Below are positions 59,211-64,000 of a stretch of DNA of 64,000 bases, piece after piece. Source of the stretch: Blasia pusilla (Eukaryota). The notes under the pieces are model-generated. The model saw nothing but the letters and a program-made list of their open reading frames with translations. It was not told the DNA's origin and ran no database searches. Numbering within the stretch: the stretch's first letter is position 1; the number at the start of each line of letters is the position of its first letter. The translations under genes and the position numbers were made by a program. Location of the stretch: the NCBI GenBank assembly GCA_050084515.1, contig CM114271.1, forward strand, positions 18,166,001 through 18,230,000, written 5' to 3'.

Positions 59211-62200
59211 CTATGATTTGTCTTTGGGCTCACTCTCATCCTTTCCTGCATTTTTCCTCTTCCGAAGATTCTTGGGCTCGGTCGGTGGAGTCCCACTCAG
59301 CTTTGCCTTCCCTTTCAATTTTGGATTTGATACTAGGCGGGCCTCTCCTATAGTCACTTCATGTGAGGTCGGATCATTGCCATGGTTGAAGAGAATGGTC
59401 AAAATAACTCTAACTCCACTTTCTCTCACTTTCTCTTTCTTGGCTCTTGGTCGGAGGACTTGCCTGATATCAAGCATGAGTTTCCTGTAGACATAGGTTG
59501 CCCAACCCACCGGAATCCCTTCCCAAGCCCGGCATGCCATTGATAACATGCTTGCAGGGACACACTCAGGGTTTGCTTTCATATGAAAGCAACGATTCAG
59601 TTGTAATAGTAGTATAAGTTCATCACTTTTCACGATCGGTATACTGCTTTTGTAGATCTGCCTTATGAAGTCATTGGTCCAGATAGGATCAACAAGTTTA
59701 TGTAAGTCCATTCCAACAATGACATCCCAAGCCATTACATGCGTACATGGCCAACAAGTATCTTGGAACTCTAGGCATGAACAACTGCACTCAGGATGCA
59801 AACGCACATGCAATTGGTGCGCACTAGTTGTGGAAGTGACAAGTGCATTTGTTGCATGTGAGGCTAGTACATCAAAACTTTGACAATTGGCTTCATTCTC
59901 TCGATAATGAATAAGTGCATAAGTAGTCAATTTGTTGGAGAACTTCTCTGGATGACATGCCTCTACTTTTCTTTATGCGTAAGTTTTCATCATGTAATTC
60001 CACAACTCACGAGCAATTACAAGTGGAGGTCTCTCCCTTATAGGTTTCATGGCAAAATTTATGACCTCTACAAGATTTGAGCTCACTTTGCCATAGCGTG
60101 GCAAAGGGAATGCACACCTCGCAAACTTCTCTGATCCTATGTCTTGTATGTACGAGGCTCCATCAACTATTCGTTGAATATGATGCCTTTCTAATTCGTT
60201 AATCCACATGTCATACCTGGAAAACAAGACCCTCAATTGTCGTTAGCCGTTGTGAATAGCGCGATCGAAAAATCCGATTTAATCCTAAATAGCCTCCGTC
60301 CTAACAAGGTATAAAATTAGCAACCGTCCTAACAATGAATAGCCTATAGGAAATAGCAGCAATCCTAACTTTGACTATCCATTGTCCTAAAGGGAATAGC
60401 AACCGTCTTTACTATGAATAGCCGCCGTCCTGTAGAGAATAGCAGTCGAAATAGTCGCAGCCTTTGCAAAATACTACCCTTGAATATACAAGACCTGAAA
60501 AAACAAGACCCTCAATTGTCGTTAGCCGCCTCATAATTATGAAAAGTGCAATCAAAAAATAATATGTCATTAGCCGCCGTCCACAAAGGGTTCAAATTTA
60601 GACGCCAATTTAGCTGAAAATAGTCATCGTCCTAAAAAGATTGGAATTTAGATACCGATTTAATCCTAAATAGCCTCCGTCCTAACAAGGTATCAAATTA
60701 GCAACTATCCTAACTATGAATAGCCTATAGGAAATAGCAGCCGTCCTAACCTTGACTATCCATTGTCCTATAGGGAATAGAAGTCGTCTTTAATGTGAAT
60801 AGTCGCCGTCCTATAGAGAATAACAATAAAAAATAGTTGCAGCCTATGCAAAATACTACCACTGAGTATACAAGACTCCCATATGTAAAATGTAAGGAAT
60901 AATGAAATGGATTGATTGCTTACTTCTCCCTGGTCCTGGCATAAAGGCAGGAAATGAAAAATTCTTCGGCAACTTTTCCATACCGTGTTTGAATATTTTG
61001 TCTCAAATGTTGGGCACACATGCTATGTATATTCTGGGGGAATATTATACGCATGGCATGTAAAAGGCCCTTTTTTCTATCAGAAACAATAACAATTTTG
61101 GGATCATCTAAAGTTGGGATGGCTTTCTTCAGATGTGCACAAAACCATTCCCATTCCTCATTGTTCTCCCAAGGAGATATGCCAAATGCCAAAATGATCA
61201 TATTGGCATTTCCATCCAACATGGACGCAATGAAAATCTGCATTGGATACTTCCTATTCTTTGTATGGCACACATCCAAGCCAACTACCTTTTGCACATA
61301 AGGAATGATGTTCTTCATGGCGGATGGACAAATAAATAGCCTCTTGAAGATGGCAGATTCTAAATTCCAAACATCCCAAGCGGAGGTGGCAAAGGGGTCA
61401 GCTTCCTTTACTGCATGTATGTAAAAGGAATCAAATGGAAACCTGCCCGTTCACCCCCATTCATCCAATCTCGACATATTTCTTTGCATCTCCACGCAAG
61501 AAAGTAAGTTGTTCGCTTCTTGTACGTCTGCGCAAGGACTTCTAGAAGGCTACCCACAGGGATGCTTGGTTGATTTACAACCCTATCTGCTGATACCATT
61601 GATAACCACTTTTCCTTGTGGGTAGGACCCCTCCATGTATGAATGTGCCCCGGACAAGTGTGTTTCAAATTACACACCGTTATCTCACATAGGCATGTAC
61701 TTTTATGTCGTTGGCAACGGACCCTCCACTCGCAAACTTCATCTTTACATGATGTACCATTCCCCTTCGCTGAAAGTATGTACCTAGCAAATTGACCACA
61801 TGCCCCATTCCTGGCGGTGGGGACTCTCGCTTCACCACTCTTTCTCCTTTTCTCCGTCGGAACGTCTAAGCTTACTTTAGGTTCTGAGAAAGAATTCTTG
61901 AAAATTGGCTGGTTAGGCCTCTTACTATGTTGAGGTTGCCACGGGACCCCCATTCCACATGCAAGCCTTGATATACGTGGGTCTTGAAATTCTTCACTAT
62001 GTCCCCCAATATCTCCAATCGAGGGTCCACACACATTAACTGCAACTTCGTTGACATTAACCTCCGTGCTATTTTCCGCCGACCTCCCCCTAACATCGTG
62101 CGACTTTTTTCCACTGTGATTAGTAGTCGTTGAATATTCCTGAATATTTTCCTCCAATCCTCCAGTGTCGGATATGTTGTTAATACCATGTACGCTCGTG

Positions 62201-62574
62201 GTTATGTCTTGCAAATGTGAATGGCATACAAAACTACATTTCTTCACAAGAGTTTCCTCCTCCTAAGGATACGGTCCATTTCTTGAAGTCTTCAAACGGC
62301 TAGAGGGTTTGTCCTCATTGAAAATAGGAAGACCTTTGCCTCTGATCTTTGCGCCAAATCTACATATTCTAAGCCAATACCATTTCTTGCTGCGTGCGCA
62401 ATGCTTCGCTCTATAATTCAGCGAGCACCAACAATCTAGTGAAAACTCAAACTCATCAAAGTTGCGGAACACTTGCTTCAATTGTATCCGTTCGGCATGC
62501 CTCCTTATTGCACATGATGACCCAAAGGTTGTTAATGAATCTAACTCTAACTGCGGTTGATGACTACGCCACAC
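59211..62574 (-). pseudogene. MuDR/MULE transposase with SWIM zinc finger (disrupted; intron about 60922-60217)
   Basis: CEWRVRC..CNLKHTC; VGLDVCHTKNRKYPMQIFIASMLDGNANMIILAFG..ENNEEWEWF..IVSDRKKGL..HSMCAQHLRQN; YGKVSSNLVEVIN; SWIM CSCSCLEFQDTCWPCTHV. In-frame stops at 62263 and 59973, and a frameshift near 61425. Confidence 0.88.
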
Positions 62575-62619
62575 CGATACAAATCGTTAAGGCAAACTTA
62601 CATTATGTCCACCAAATAT

Positions 62620-63520
62620 CCACTACTGCGGCTCTTGTGAGTAGGCTCACCTCTGAGAAGTACAAAACAACTGCAACGGCGGCTATTCAAAGTAGGTTGA
62701 CCTTTTAGGAGTACAAAAAAACTGCAACGGCTGCTATTTAGGCGGCTATTCTGAGTACTATCACCTCTTAGGAGTACAAAATATCCACAAACGCAACTAT
62801 TTTGAGTAGGCTCACCTCTCATGAGTACAAAAAACTACAACGGAGGATACTCTGAGTAGCCTCACCTTTCAAGAGTACAAAATTACTACAACGGAGGCTA
62901 TTTCGGAGGCTAGTCTAAGTAGGCCAATGTCTCCCGAAAACAAAACAACTACAACGACGGCTAATTCGGCGGCTATTCTGAGTTGGCTCATCTCTAGGAA
63001 AACTAAAAATCTACAACGGCGGATATTATGAGTTGGCTCACCTCTCAAGAAAACAAAACAACTACAACGGCGGCTATTCTGAGTTGGCTCACCTCTCATG
63101 AAAACAAAACAACTACAACGGCGGCTATTTCGGTAGTTATTCTCAGTAGGCTAAGCTCTCAAGAAAACAAAAAAATCACAAATGTGGCTGAGTCGACCAC
63201 TCTTATGACTAGGCTCAACTCTCAAGACAACAAAAAGCTACAACGACGGCTAATTCGGAGGCTTTTCTGAGTAGGCGACCCTCTCAAGAAAACTACAAAA
63301 ACTACCAAGGTAGCTAATTCGGCGGCTATATTGTGAGGAGGCTTAGCTCTCAGGAAATCAAAATAACTACAATGGCGGATATTTTTCCGGCTATTTTGAG
63401 TAGGATCATCTCTTAGGAAACGAATAATCTACAACGACGGCTATTTCGATTATGGTGGCGGCTATTGCACAATAATCATCATTTATGGATCGAATATCCA
63501 TCTCGGCGGCTATTTTGACG
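62620..63520. repeat. Minisatellite array, about 51-bp unit with an optional about 12-bp insert, roughly 15 copies
   Basis: Adjacent units ctacaacggcggatattatgagttggctcacctctcaagaaaacaaaacaa (63011-63061) and ctacaacggcggctattctgagttggctcacctctcatgaaaacaaaacaa (63062-63112). Confidence 0.9.
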
Positions 63521-64000
63521 GCCAATAAACCCTTAGCTTTGAAACCCAGCGACATTCTTACCTTCTTCTAGGCTGAACCCTTCCAGATAGGGATCATTCT
63601 TGGACGTGGAGGCTCGCCATAACTTGAAAGCAGCCGAAGACTCTCTTGATGGTGGCCTTCGTTCATAAGATCCGCAGTTTTGGTCTTTGCGACTAGAACC
63701 AACCAATCCATTGTCATCCAGAGGAAAATGTTGTCTACTCAAGTCTGGAAAATCATCATCAGTACACGAGAGCTCATGATGTTTGGGTAGCTCGACACCA
63801 TCCATTCTCTAATCAAGCTTGTGAACAGTAAACACTGATTAGTAAACAAATTAACATGTGCCAGAGAGTGTAAGCACGAGTGTTGATCACAATTTGCATG
63901 ATCAAAAGTCCTAACTCGAAAGTGATAAACCCTAACTCGGGATTGTTCTCATATCCAAAACTTCTTTGCTACAGTAACTATGTAGAAGAACATTTGTACC

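Larger units (their letters stand above)
55907..64000 (-). mobile_element. Mutator-like (MULE) DNA transposon, probably extending beyond the window
   Basis: TIR-like start GGTATTTGCTTAAGTGGCCCC with an internally repeated ttgctt(a/g)agtgg motif at 55907-55985, a transposase with MULE and SWIM domains, extra ORFs and internal repeat arrays. The other TIR is not seen. Confidence 0.75.

Noticed and set aside
62620-63520. CRISPR-like array
   Set aside because: The units are contiguous diverged repeats without unique spacers, there are no cas genes, and the context is a eukaryotic transposon.

Overview
Eukaryotic, intron-rich, TE-rich plant nuclear DNA. It is most consistent with a non-seed land plant such as a bryophyte, but this is inference. 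Four host genes are supported: the 3' end of a tafazzin-family acyltransferase (+), an AN1/C2H2 zinc-finger stress-associated protein (-), a UBP3/UBP4-type deubiquitinase (-, 6 exons) and a bacterial-type PEP carboxylase (-, about 20 exons, C-terminal RNTG, one GC-AG intron). The rest is mostly mobile DNA. The stand-out is a degenerate Ty3/Gypsy LTR element (about 10.27-16.54 kb, -) whose pol region carries a DNMT3-like C5 cytosine methyltransferase domain between the protease and the reverse transcriptase. A second Gypsy relic (35-40.5 kb, +) ends its integrase with a PHD finger. Also present: a CRE-like RT/restriction-like-endonuclease non-LTR element next to the UBP promoter; a non-autonomous Helitron holding a cytochrome P450 fragment and a tRNA-type SINE; a U6 snRNA pseudogene; a five-copy MITE-like family; and a Mutator-like element with a SWIM transposase, extra ORFs and arrays of a GGCGGCTATT motif. 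All family assignments come from reading motifs by eye. No database search was run.
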